Positions 12,511-25,703 of a DNA stretch of 64,000 bases are shown one piece after another; within the stretch, counting starts at the first letter, position 1, and each line of letters opens with the position of its first letter. Source of the stretch: Lingula anatina (Eukaryota; Animalia; Brachiopoda); NCBI GenBank assembly GCA_051362555.1, contig CM120649.1:8804001-8868000 (forward strand), written 5' to 3'. Below the pieces are notes generated by a model that was given only the letters and a program-made list of their open reading frames with translations, was not told where the DNA came from and ran no database searches. The position numbers and the translations under genes are program-made.

Positions 12511-14983
12511 TTTTATCTTTATATAACAATGAAAACTATGAGACATTTGTTAAATGCTCTGTTTAAAATTGCACGCTTTTTTGAAGTCGGACACTTATCG
12601 TTGGGAACGAAAAAAACGGACACGCACTTTCGTTATATTTGGCAAAAAAGTGTCAAAAGTCCCCAAAAATTAATACAACGTTTATACAGCTATTGACAAA
12701 ATGTAAAGACTAATGAACATTAGATAATAAAATGAATATGAAAATTTTAAAAATCGTTACAAAAACAAACAAAAAAAATCTATTTAGAAAACAAACTACA
12801 TGTTCACTTATGAAATCTGGATTAAAATCCAAGGTACATATCACGATATTTCTCATATTTCCTACATCCATTTTCAATTTCAAAAATCTTGTAACAAATA
12901 ATTTGCAACTTTCTGAACATAAATTGTTCTAAATACGAGAAAATATCACGATATTTCTGCATCATCTGGTCAATAGAAGGAAAAACGCTGGTTAGAGATA
13001 ATTGCCGAAAACAGTTAAATTTGAAAAATAAAATAATTTTCAATCACATAAATGGTCCTATCATCTTTACCCAGAACCTGTATGTGTTCAACAGATGAAT
13101 GGCAAAAATATAAGTCATTTTCAGGATAAAAAGTGCCATATTTTACATTGTAAGAACTACATTCAGAGATAAATACTAAAAAACAAAATAAGTTGCTTTT
13201 CCATCCTATGAATGGCATTTACATGTGCAATATCAGCTTTTCAAAAAGGGAATTTTCGCAAATGAAAATTGACATTTGCAAATTCTACATACTTCACTAG
13301 TAAAAAAAAATCGATCTTGGTTCGTAAAATTACATTTCTTTTTCAACAAGTCAGCAAATGTTCAAATTTCAAGGGACGATGTGCCTTTTTTCTCATCTGA
13401 ACATTAAAAGAAAGACACACAATGATCGTTTGTTGTTACATTCTAGATTTCAGTCCATTTGGAGAATGAGACTGAAGCCGGTAAAAACAGAAATTAAGAA
13501 TTCGACAGCGGGATTGTAGAATTTATCAGCGGTTTCGATAGTGTTCCTTGGCGATTTATTTGAAATTGCTGAATGTTACAGAAAAAAAATTGGGCTTTAA
13601 ACCGACATAAAATTTGGAATATTTTTGCTTCCTTAATTCGCATTCGATTTAAACTAGAAAGTCACCCATTGCTGTCTTGCTGAAGAATACCACAAATAGT
13701 ATCATTTTACATGTCACGTGTGACCAACTTGAAACTACGACAGTATAGAACATATTTCAATTCAATAAAATAAGCTTTCTAACGGATGACCATGCATTCT
13801 GATATATGATCACGTTTTAAATATATTACATTTAATTCCTATAAGAACTCAAATTCGTGATGTTATACTGATAAATAAAACACGTGAAAAAAAATCGCCT
13901 TTAGACAGAGCCTTTTCAAATCCGTCCCAAACAACATTGCGGGCTATCAACTCGCCCTTATTTCTCGAAGGATTCATCTTATAATCTGTCACGCAGAAAT
14001 CTCAAGGACTTCAATTTAGCTCACACATGAAATGAAATATCAAATCTTAATTTATGAAATCTTGTCAATATTCGAAATGGAAGTATATTACTGTACCCCC
14101 TTTATACTTGAATTATGTTCTTTACTCCAGAAATGGACGTTATCATATATATATACCAAAAAGGCTATATCATATTCTATAATTCCACTACCAACTGCTC
14201 ACTAAATATCAACATGTCAATGGCCAGACCCTCACAAGTCATTTCACAGCATTTTCCCCTCCTTGGCCATTTCTCACGGTAAACTTCCACTGCCAATACT
14301 ATTTCTACCGACGAAGTTCAAAATACTGAAAATGAAGTGCAACTGCATCTTCCTTTGATTTATGAGATGCGATGAGATGAAGTGGTGGAGGAAATAATTA
14401 GTACGTGGGGAAAATGTTGGGAAATGACCAAAACCACTTTTAAGCAAACGGGCGTCAAAATACTTTTCAAAAATAAATCACAATTAACTTATCACCAAAT
14501 ACCTGACATTGATTTCTTAAAACGTTATATTGATATGACTGAAATTACGACATTCTTATACTTAATATCTAAGCCGCCTTCGATCCACTTCCTGATCATT
14601 GAGCACTGAGGCAGTGACGTCTCCTTCCAGGCTGTCCATCCCATTACATTCATGGTAGGGGGAGGTGGCAGGCTAAAGTGGCCGCCTTTCCTTTTCAACT
14701 CTCACCAATATTTTACGGATGAAACTTCATTTGTACTTTACAACTTTAAAAAACATTGGACGAATTTGTGTTTAGCATATTTCTAAAAATGCCAGACGAA
14801 AATTAACCTCAGATCCTTATCAACCCCAAATTCAAACGACATTATGTAGGTCACTGGCTATCTTGATGTGACGCAATATGGTTCACTGATTTAAATATCT
14901 GAGCAGTTTTTGTTGTTTGACCAACAGACCATGAGATTGAGCCCTTTGGAAGTAAACAGAAATGCTGCAATCGGAAACTCGGT

Positions 14984-15036
14984 ACTTTGCTCGAGATTTA
15001 TAATTTTATTATAAATTTATAAATCTCGAGCAAAGT
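14984..15036. repeat. 53-bp near-perfect palindrome
   Basis: actttgctcgagatttataa-t-tttat-t-ataaa-t-ttataaatctcgagcaaagt: perfect 20-bp outer arms and one internal mismatch. Confidence 0.95.
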
Positions 15037-17205
15037 TATAGACATAAAATAACCGGCGAATTATTTGTGAATATACGATGCTTTGATATTTTTATCTGTA
15101 CAATAAAAGATATTTTATGCATATAATTCTCTCATCTTTGTTCATATTCTTTCATGAATGCATGTGTGAGTGTGTGTGTGCGCGCGCGCATTCTCTATTG
15201 TTAACAAATGCACCAATCGAATGGCGATATGGTACCATACAACTAATGATTTATTGTAAATAAAGTGATAGACAAATATGAGGAAAACAGTAAAGTTATA
15301 GGTTATCTACAAACTATAAGAGCTGTTCATACGTACAGTTGCCGCCTTACTGAAGGTCAAAACCACATCAAGCTTGAGGAGTTCGATACGTTAGTAAGGT
15401 CAGCGTTTGACAAAACAACATTTTTCAATATCTCTTATATGAAATACGCATCTTGATATTAACGCAATAAAAAATAATAAAATCATTTGACTACTGCATA
15501 TCTGCACCCTATGGCTGTACATAAGAAAGAATGAAAAACTGCAGCGAATCAAAAAAAAAAAAAAAAAAAAAAATCATCTCGTCTTTTAACCCAGGGAGAC
15601 TCATATCACACTTATTTTAAAACAGTTGCACTGGCTCCCTGATAGAGCACGCATTTTATTCAAAATTTTAACTTTTGAGCATGCAGTTTTTTTTAAAATT
15701 AACACTCAGATTAACACTCAGATGATAACTAAAAGCTGTCGAAGAGAGCCACGGTCCTCAGATGTATAAATTGGAGCGGGAGAATACAAAGGAACTCTTT
15801 ATTTGCGTAGTTAAAAATATGCATGTTATCACTAGCTGGTGAAACACACTACATGTATTGCGGTCTATTTTATCACAGGTGAGGTGAAAATAGCTTAGCT
15901 TAAGCTTTGTTCATTGAAGAAAAATGATGAACTTCTGAGAGCTGTTTAAAAAAAGAGATTAAAACCAAGTTTTCAGCTCACCTTATCTACACCTGAATGA
16001 AATTGACAGTTATATAAACACACGTCAATCATTACACTGATAAGTTAGTATAGGTGTAAAACAGTGACTACGCCAAAAGACGACGCGATATCTCCAGAGG
16101 TATTGATGAATAGAAAAGAAATTTTTCTTTTTTTTTTTTTTTTTGATTTACACATGTTCATTCGCCGCCAGTTTTAACTCGGCTGCTGGGATTATGTGAT
16201 GGGAGGTTGCAATTGCAATTGCCAATACTTCCATGTGCCTGTTAATAACCAGTTATTATGCACGAATGGTAACAATTTATTATACCTCGCCAATATCCTC
16301 CAGTTATTTCAACCGGTCAGTACACACGTCTTCAACACATACAGTCACATGATTATTCTGATACAACACTCAAATGACATTATATTTTATCTTATGAAAA
16401 AAATCAAATTTAAAGTGATTGTATTTTATTTCCCCGGGAAATTATATTTTAGCATAGGGAGATGCTCGGTCCATACGTAAAAACAATATACGCGATATAT
16501 TCTGACGTCTGTCCTGTCTCAACATGGTTGTGACGACAACCACAGAATTGATGGAAATGTGCTGGATGTGACAAGCCGTTGACCACTGTAAATACGTACG
16601 TACAGTAGGCCATAAAATCACCATTTATCTCACTAAAGAATATCATTAAAAGGTTTTTAATGAACGTCTCTTGGCAGGTTAGTTCCCCATCTACCGATTC
16701 GAAATAACAGATCCTTCTATACAAATGTAGAATGAAGTTGTTCATATATCTGTAATAAGAAGTAATACTTGCAACGTGTAATACCACAGTGCGAGACGGT
16801 GTGTTTTTCATTTGTGTCATACTACACTGTTTTACATTGTCAAGCAAAGAGAGACAATTTTACCTGCGCCACCCTTCCTGTTTCAAAGTCAACAGAATAT
16901 AATTTGCAAAACCTTATCATTTCTAACTTACTTTCGAACTGGTCATGGTAAGTGACGTCACATTCTACAAACATGTTGCCTACCGCATTCAAAATGGACC
17001 TCCTTTTTTTTCAAATGAAAGTCAAAGAAATTGCGTTGTAGCTTAATACCACAATCTAACGTTAAATAAATCCTCTCTCGAGCGTGCGCACGCCTTCGCA
17101 TGCAAAAGCAATAAAGTCACAGACAGACTACACCTGTTCCCTGTGCACCTGCAGTAACTGTCATTTTTCTTTATTTTCTCAAATGTCAAAATACAACTTT
17201 GTAGC

Positions 17206-17211
<6 letters not shown>

Positions 17212-17250
<39 letters not shown>
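17212..17250. repeat. (AG)n microsatellite
   Basis: Directly visible. Confidence 0.95.
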
Positions 17251-17251
<1 letters not shown>

Positions 17252-18148
17252 GTTTTTTTTTTACATTAAACTTGAACTGTAAATGCGCATAAAGCTTAAA
17301 TTTTTCCTGTGAAAAATGTAATTTTATGTAATCTGTGTCGATGATATATTGTTTAAGGCTCTATTTGCCTTTCATATCGTAATTTTTCTACTGGTTATAA
17401 CAAGATAACAAAGATGAAGATGAATGTTCAGTAACTCAATAATATACATATAAATCACGAATTATTCGATTTCACGAAAGCGAGATCTGGAGCACAGAGA
17501 GAAAGCAGTCTCCAAGACATACCCCCACCCACACCATAATACCGTGTTTTCAGAATCATAAACAGACTATGCCTCATTTCGAGAGTTCAGAACTAACGGT
17601 CAAAATCTGGTATTTGAATTTAATTCCTTTCATGGAGAAAACCCAATTATAACCATTGGTTTGAATGAATAGTAATAAAAAGTACTGAGTGAAACTTTTT
17701 TTGACAATCAAGTTAACATTCGTACCTGCTACGTCAGTATTTGAATCAAAATGGATGTAAATATTTTATACGTTTTTAATTATGGTCATTTAATTTGCAT
17801 CAGTACTTGAAATACACGTAAGGTAAAGCTTACACAAAAGGAGATCTAATGACAGAAGTCCAGTAACAGACACACCCTTCCTCGCCTTAATACATATATG
17901 TACACATTAGTGTGTACATAATGTGTACATACATGAAGCAGAAGATACAGGGATGTCAATAACAATACCTTGCGACATTAAATAGAAGTGTAGATTGCCA
18001 CTTTTAATGAAATTGGTGTCAGTAACTCATTTAAAATACAGAACATTCCAGTATAACTTAAACTTGCACAAAAGTTTGAAAGCATCACGGAAGGATTATT
18101 GGGGAGGGGGGGGGGGCAGGGCCATCCGGGCAAATTTACGTCTTAGAA

Positions 18149-18219
18149 GCACGCGAGCTTCAATGGAATAATGCTGGCCTGCCACGCGGGCAGTCTGTGT
18201 TTGATTCCCAACAGATGCA
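18149..18219 (+). pseudogene. tRNA-Gly(GCC) pseudogene
   Basis: 71 nt, GCA...GATGCA, collinear with animal tRNA-Gly(GCC). The anticodon arm gcctGCCacgcggg is retained. The acceptor stem, D-arm and B-box (tttgattccc) are mutated. Confidence 0.75.
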
Positions 18220-19059
18220 AAATCTGTTAAACCGACAACTATTTGGAAAAAATGATGTGTATTAATCCTGTCTTTGGAAACGTATTCTTTGCACAAGGGA
18301 GTTTCCTGGGTAGAATACTTTATGGTACGGCAGCTATGGATATGTTTGTAAATGAATTACTGGGTGGCAGGCTTTGTCAGTGATACGCTTTTATAACTGT
18401 TCTCTAATAAATACAAGAAACTTTTGTTGTTTGTTTTAAAAACTGCTTGTAAAAAAGAAGAACCAGAAACAGACCTCTTTTAGATTGTTTTACTTCGACC
18501 AAGTGTAGTATTGTTGTTCTCAAAAATTGCACATAGTTGGTGCCAAAATAAATCCTAGTTAGCATGTGGCCCATCCTTAATGCATGGCTCAATTTTTGGG
18601 GCCCACCCCTAGTCTTTTAGTAGACCAAATGAATGTAACCCATCCCTACTGTTTCCGCCCCCCCCCCCCCCCCGGTACTTTATTATCATTCCCTCAATAA
18701 AGATAGGCCTATATAGAAATCGCTTTTTATAAGCACCTCAATATTAGGAATCGTTAATTCATAAAAAGGTAAAGGGATACAGAATACATATATGAATAAT
18801 CTAACAGTGTGTAAAGGGTACACGTTGTCTGCCCACTGGGAAGAGTACTCTCAGGCCCTTCTGGCTGTTACTAAATTCATCCCAGGAACGAGTTCGCAAT
18901 AAGAAAAAAATTCTTCAGGAAAATCTCCAGGAAAGTCATATTTTTACTGATAAAAATATTATCGAATGATTTAATATCATAATAAGGATTAATTAAGATC
19001 GCCACCTTTGGAATCTCTAGTTTGAGCATCGCTTCCTGTCAACTTTATAACTGAAGACA

Positions 19060-19667
19060 ATCTAATTTGCATATAAGAGAAAAATGCAGTTTTTTGTTTG
19101 TTTTGGGTTCAATACACATTTTTTCATAATTTTCAAATATAAATGTTCCTTTTTCACTGAAACACTTATGAATATTTTATCAATACGCGCAATTTATTAG
19201 TTAAACAATCACAAATAACCATCATATCCCAAGTGTATATGACGTAATCTCTCCCAGGTCATAAAAGTGTAAAATAGTGATGATTGCCGCCCAGCTGGTG
19301 AAGTAGGTCAATTGCCTGTATAATACTGCCATACGATTATCGATTTTTTCTAGTGTGGAACATTTTAGGGGGAAGATGATCAGAGAACTTGATCAAGTTA
19401 CCAAAAAATATTTGACATAAATAAAGTTACTAAAAGCAAAGTATATTACAATATTTTAGAAAGTTGAAAAACGGATCCCAATTCTTTAATTTCACAGTGC
19501 ACATATTTTGCAGATATCGTGAGACATTTCTATTTCATCTGCCTCTCCCTAAAATGGCGCTGACCTCGTTAACTCTTCAACTCCCGGGAAATGCAGAGAA
19601 TCCAGCACGTTGTGGCAGCATGAGAACCGATACGTACACATAGGAGCTGTGGTGAGTTAAGAGAGGG
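19060..19667 (+). mobile_element. Old DNA-transposon fragment, possibly piggyBac-like right end; diverged paralog at about 56846-57430
   Basis: Shares collinear blocks with the paralog (taatttgcatataagagaaaaa; gtaggtcaattgcctgtataa..tgccatacgattat; ctcccgggaa). Ends ggg|TTAA. Confidence 0.6.
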
Positions 19668-21074
19668 TTAATTCCTCGGCTCCAGGGCGTAATAGCACGA
19701 AAATTCATGCGTTAGCACTCCTATTGACGATTCTGATATGTACTGTCTGTGCTACAGGGCGTAAATGAAGAAGAAAAGCTATGTGCTTCCACACTATTTC
19801 TACCCGGCAACCAGTTCTTGAGAACTATGAGTGGGTCACTTGTAGTGGACAGTGGTCAACAAGTCAGGACGACAGAATTAGGGACACTCAGGTAAACTGA
19901 CCATTAGTGATGGGGGTCATCAGTTGACCACAATACAGAGGTCACTGTCAGTGTCATATTTACATTTTCATAGATTTTTGTAGCAGTGCTAAATTTGTAT
20001 ATGATATCTTAATCAGTAATTAATTCTGCATATAAAAACCAGTGAGAGCAGAGGGATGGGTTGTAACCTTTTTTTAACCACTAAATTTCCCATGTTTTGA
20101 CATTTGATTCGTTCAAGTATATATTGATTTATTATTATAATTATTATAATTATCATTATGATGATGATGATAATGATGATGATAGAATTTCATTTGTTGA
20201 CTACAGCTCAGCATTCCTTATGTTTAACTGATACAGAATGTTGCCAGTGTTAGGTGGACTGTTGTATTCACTTGATAACAACTTGAAATATTAAAAAGAC
20301 ACTCTTTGAACTGAGAGCGAAGAGGGATTGTAGAAATGCACCATGTGTGAATTGCAACAATTCGTAACATTTTACAATCTATAGTGGAGGACAGACAAAT
20401 GGAGCAAAATATGAATAATGATTATCTGCAAGTTTATTACTTGACATGCAATTGACATATTTAGTAATTAAGATTAAGAACTAATTTTTGCCCAGTGACA
20501 GATTTTAAATCATAATTTATTACTTCCACGAATCAGGTTGTGTTTTTTTACTGAGTTTGTTTGTTCTTATGATTATCACTTTTAATTACTTGACCACTAC
20601 CCACCTACCCACTACCCCAAACACTAAAAATATTCATAAAGCATCTGTTTACCTGTTCCTCTGTGTACCCCACCTTTACCTGGAGGATAGGTGGTTATAC
20701 TTTCATTAGATATTTAATAAAACTTTCTGTACTTGAAGTTGTTTTCAATGAAAAAGGAATTTGTTATAAAATAATTTGTTTTATGATGAAGTTGTATTAT
20801 CACACTAAAATATTAATAGAATGGATGAAATGTTTTAAACTTTATACTTTTTACTTTATATTTGTATATAAATATATATTCCTTGGGGGGAATTGTCTGG
20901 GGGAGAATTGTCCTGGGGGAAGTTGTCCTAGAATACTAGAAACATTATGCAAAAAGTTATAAATAGAGTTTGATGACATTTGTAGAAACTGAAGAGGCCA
21001 AGAAACAAAAAACTGGATTTTGGTTGTGATCCATTTCATAATAATTAGTTTTATAAATAAATAAAATAAATGGG

Positions 21075-21104
21075 AGTGTGTATGTGTGTGTGTGTGTGTG
21101 TGTC

Positions 21105-21138
<34 letters not shown>

Positions 21139-21354
21139 AAAGGGCAAAAGAGAAAGAAAGAGACAGAGAGAGGAGAGTGAGAGAGAGAGTGTGTGTGTGT
21201 TTGAGAGAGAGAGAGAGAAAGAGAGAGAGAGGGTGTTTGAGAGAGTCAGTGAGAGAGTTTCAGTAAGAGGAAGAGAACAGGGTGGAGAGAGAAAGGAGAT
21301 AGAGACAGACAGAATGGGAGAGAATGTGTGTGTGTGTGTGTTTTTTTTTTTTTC
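21075..21354. repeat. Compound (TG)n/(AG)n microsatellite
   Basis: Directly visible. It explains ORFs 20851-21363 and 21078-21266. Confidence 0.95.
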
Positions 21355-21619
21355 AATGAGCATTTAAATAACAATAATTGCTGTTTTATAATGGGAAGAC
21401 ATAGAAAATTGTGATTTCAACTGTTGCTGTTGTATTATACATAGGGACCATTCAGAATGAGAAGAGCCGAGTGCTAGCTAGGCCATGACCTAAAAATGTT
21501 GGACCTACATGAAAGGAAGACTGATTAATCCTGTAATGGTCTCTCCAACTCTCATACGCGTCTACCCTGCAGGGGCACAGAAATTTAATCTCGGTTCAAT
21601 TCAACCAGCCAAGGGACAC

Positions 21620-22870
21620 TGAGCATAGTAACATCAATAATTACAGTTGCATTATGGGAATACATTGAGCATTGTGACATCAACAATTGTGGTTGCATTA
21701 TAAGAATACATTTAGCACTGTCAATCGGCAATCCTTGTCTCATTCCGCAAGCTCCATACTAACCTCGGATGTGATAGGCGGAGAAATATGCACCAAATCC
21801 AAGCATTTTGTTCGCCGGAAATGCCTTCTCACTTAATCGTTTATTCCACTCATAAAGATGGCTGTCAATACCACTGATTTTTATGATGCTTTACAGTTTG
21901 CCAAACAATGCACTAGGATTGACTTTTATTTAAAGGATAAACAGATACAGACGTTGAAATATTTGTACTATGTACATGATACATGTACTTTGGCTGTTTT
22001 ACCAATGGGCTATGGTAAAAGGTTGAAAGTAGTTCCTTCCCAACAATCAATATGGATGCCTTCGTATCACGTCCGAGGTTATTGTCGAGTGCGGAGACAT
22101 CCGAGTAGTTCCAAGTATAGCACTGTGACATAAACAATTGTGGTTGCATTATGGGAATACATTGAGCATTGTGACATCAACAATTGCAGTTGCATTATGG
22201 GAATACATTGAGCATTGTGACATCAATAATTGCAGTTGCACTATGGGAATACATTGAGCATTGTGACATCAACAATAGCAGTAATTGTAGTTGCATTATG
22301 GGAATACATTGATCATTGTGACATCAACAATAGCAATAATTGCAGTTGCATTATGGGAATACATTGAGCATTGTGACATCAACAATTGCAGTTGCATTAT
22401 GGGAATACATTGAGCATTGTTACATCAACAATTGCAGTTGCATTATGGGAATACATTGAGCATTGTGACATCAACAATAGCAATAATTGCAGTTGCATTA
22501 TGGGAATACATTGAGCATTGTGACATCAACAATAGCAATGATTGCAGTTGCATTATGGGAATACATTGAGCATTGTGACATCAATAATTGCAGTTGCATT
22601 ATGGGAATACATTGAGCATTGTGACATCAACAATAGCAGTGATTGTAGTTGCATTATGGGAATACCTGTACATTGATCATTGTGACATCAACAACAACAA
22701 TAATTGCAGTTGCATTATGGGAATACATTGAGCATTGTGACATCAACAATTGCAGTTGCATTATGGGAATACATGAAGCATTTTAACGTCAACAAGCGCT
22801 GCTGCATTTTGGTAAGAGATTGAACATTGTGACATCAAGTGGTGTTATAATGATATTATTCGGAATACAT
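21620..22870. repeat. 46/55-bp minisatellite (about 15 units), interrupted by an insertion at 21722-22117
   Basis: Unit cattatgggaatacattgagcattgtgacatcaacaattgcagttg (46 bp), plus a variant with a 9-bp insert (55 bp). The core array is about 22127-22795. Confidence 0.95.
21722..22117 (+). mobile_element. Non-autonomous AcademH-like DNA transposon with RecQ-like helicase remnant
   Basis: 9-bp TSD tagcactgt (21713-21721, 22118-22126). Imperfect TIRs of about 55 bp (tccgca..taacctcggatgtgata / tatcacgtccgaggtta..tgcgga). Termini are CA...TA. The internal ORF reads LKDKQIQTLKYLY..DT..LAVLPMGYGK, like RecQ helicase motif I (VLPTGYGKS). Confidence 0.8.
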
Positions 22871-22938
22871 TGCTTTTTTCACTTGCTTATTATATTATTC
22901 AATCAGATGATTTCTTTGAATTTATTATTTTCTCTGTT

Positions 22939-23125
22939 TTATGTACAGACACATTGTGCCTGTATATGTAGCCATTACCTGCATCTGTTGTAGTTGTCCC
23001 CAACATTTTTGTTGTCTCTGTGCACTTTCAGTGTCAACATGATATTATTAAGTGGAAAACTGCTTGCAAAACTGATGAACATTCGTGATATACAGGCAGA
23101 ATTCGAAAACCGGCATAACCGGCAT
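22939..23125 (+). mobile_element. Old degenerate 5' part of a family-3 HINE
   Basis: atgtacagacacattgtgcctgtatat...tgcactttcagtgt...ttcgaaaaccggcataa is collinear with the 5' ends at 25944 and 27894. Confidence 0.65.
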
Positions 23126-23134
23126 AATCCCAAG

Positions 23135-25703
23135 CGCAACACTGGAAGTGGTGTCATTTTTTGTTCGTTTGTTTTTTTTTAAAATGGTATACGAGTTGTG
23201 CTGTATCAAAAAGTACAGTGTGGTGGTGAATATAAGATGTGAAATACGGTAATCGCCCAAACCCAATATAGACGTGCAATTGATATCACAAGCATGTTAT
23301 TTAAAATATTTACTGCACAGATTGCTAACTGTGTTTGATTATTTTAGGGTCCCACATGAAGAAGCTTGTATTAAATTTTCACTCTCCTGGAACCATGAAT
23401 AATTAAAAATAATTCATCATTTAACCCCAAAAAGGTACATACGTTACTGTCACAAATACAAAACGTCCAACTGTGAAACGTTCTACTCACTTTGAAAATT
23501 CAGTCATCACTGGTTTTGTTCATTGATTTATCTCCTACAAGTATAACGTTGCTAAAAATGATAATAATCTTCTGTATAGAGCAGTTAATTGTTTTTGAGC
23601 GACTTTAGTTTGCTTGTCACAGAATATTTAAAAAAATGGGGAAAATACACCCTACCTACTGTAAAATAAGCATTAAATAAAAAAATTTCCCTTCATGATC
23701 CAAATACTATATCAGAAATGTCAAACTATCATGGAACCACAATATATTGTTCGGTCAGCAAAAGAAAACATTGTATCTCTTGCACACAAGTATTTGAACA
23801 AAATGAAACATTTTGACAATTTTTCTAGGGAACGTATGTTACCTAGTATAAGTGATGACGCAAAGCCCCTTGAGATACAGTTTAAATATTTGTAAAAACG
23901 TCCTTACGTCATGATTAATTTACCATGACTGAACCATTAAAAAATATATCGGAACGCGGCATAAAAATGAAAATTAAGTGGCAAGAACATACGTTACCGT
24001 ACAGTTTTTTGGAACATAAACATACGTTACCATTGAGGGGTCTTTGCATAATGTTAAAGACATGGTAAAATTTAAAAATTGAATTTCAGTTGAGACAGAC
24101 TCACAGTCGTGATTTTTTGTTCTTCACACATATATGTTTTGAAATATTGTATACAATTTTGAATTCATTCATTTTTATGTACAGACACAGATGTGTCTGT
24201 ACATATAGCCGTCACCTGCGTCTGTCGTCGCCATCGCCGTCACCGTGCACTCAGCGATAACACGATAAGTGGAATACCGTTTTACATTTTGTATTCAAAT
24301 TTACAGAACTAATGAATATTCATAATACGCAGGTCAAGTTCGAAAATCAGCATGATCGGGCCATTTTTAGGGAAGTTATGCTGTTTTTTCACTTTTTTCA
24401 GCATATATGCAGCACCGATAACACGATAAGTAGAAAACCATTTTACTTTTTGGCTTGAAACTTACAAAACACAAGACAGACAACACAAGGCAGGTTGCGT
24501 AACAAGCGGTAATCACATCGATGTTAAGCCCAGCTCTCACTGAGCTCCTGCAGAGCAGGTACAATGCTATCATCGTGCGTGCAGATTTGATTGCTCCCAT
24601 CTGGCCAAATGTTACAGGGTCGCCTCACCAAAAATGTCCACAGAATAATAACTGTGGCCCTGGTAGAGGGTAGTTACTTATGATTCTCAAACTGTCTGAA
24701 AAGATTCATTGGACTGAAGCACAGCTTGTGTTGGAAAATCAGTTTGATTGTTTTCTGTTTTGGAAGCAATGTAGTTCTTTATGAAATTTTTATTTCTTAC
24801 ATAGTCCTTGGTGTTATATGGATACAATGGATGGCCAGTCTGTAATTGTTCCCTTGGGTAATCACTAGCGTTCAGAACGTTTAGATCACTTGCCTAATTA
24901 AGTTTCAAGATACCATTAAATGAGATTACATAAAACACACATGTTGAGATTTCCATAGGTTTAGCTCTCTGCCAGATACTGTTTGTAATAGCCTAAATTA
25001 ACAGTGTCACATAATTAGGAATCGGTGATAATTATGCAGGTAAATGTAGTTTAATATTGCAACTAAGTTACAAAAGAAAAAATATTTCGTGTAATGCCAA
25101 CATAAATGCTATAGATGAATAACACTGAATTATTATCTTCAAACTCAATGGGGTTATTTATATCATATGAACACAGCTAGATTAAAAGTTTGAATAGCAG
25201 CTTTATTGGAATATTTTTTGTTATTATTTCTTTTTTAATTTTTTTGCAAACACTGGCATTTCAAGGTGTGACTTCTTACTCCCATTCACCTGAAGCTCTG
25301 TACATTTTCTGTATTTCCACACAAGCATTTGTATTGGTGTTTATGTCTTTAAACAATATGTAATATTATTTTATGTACTGTCATAATTTTTCACATATTG
25401 GGATTTTCATTATGTGAATTTGAACTCTCATGGTCCTGACACTGTAATTTTATTGACCTAATTACCATTTATGCATGATTAAAATTCATTGTTGATTGAC
25501 TGTTCTGTTATTCCATAATTATTTATTATTGCATTAAAATTGACAAAATGACCTATTTTCTGCATTTTTATTTTCTGCTTTTTGTCTGTACATTTGACAG
25601 CTTTGCTGCCTTGTTTTTGTCTTGCTTTTCATACGAATGCACTTACTCAAGCTGGCGTATAGTACAATACCCGGAGGCAGTATCACCTCTCTGATCCTCT
25701 AGT
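23135..25703 (+). mobile_element. Fragmented older family-1 HINE copy hosting later insertions
   Basis: 23135-23255 matches 823-935. About 24125-24176 resembles about 2574-2623. 25631-25703 matches the family-1 3' end 2683-2751 (ggaggcagtatcacctctctgatcctctagt). Confidence 0.65.
24175..25614 (+). mobile_element. Family-3 HINE copy A (internally rearranged)
   Basis: 5' hairpin atgtacagacac-agat-gtgtctgtacat and a (gtcgcc)n tract. 3' subTIR tgtctgtacat, hairpin gacagc-ttt-gctgcc and a ttgtt end. Flanks are T-runs. Confidence 0.85.

Noticed and set aside
20851-21363. 170 aa Ser/Leu-rich ORF
   Set aside because: It is a translation of a dinucleotide microsatellite.
21620-22870. CRISPR-like regular repeats
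   Set aside because: There are no unique spacers, the units are contiguous tandem copies, no cas genes are present and the context is eukaryotic.
23421-24045. Possible TTAA-type element with repeated acatacgttac motifs
   Set aside because: The motif recurs about four times, but matching termini and a TSD could not be established.
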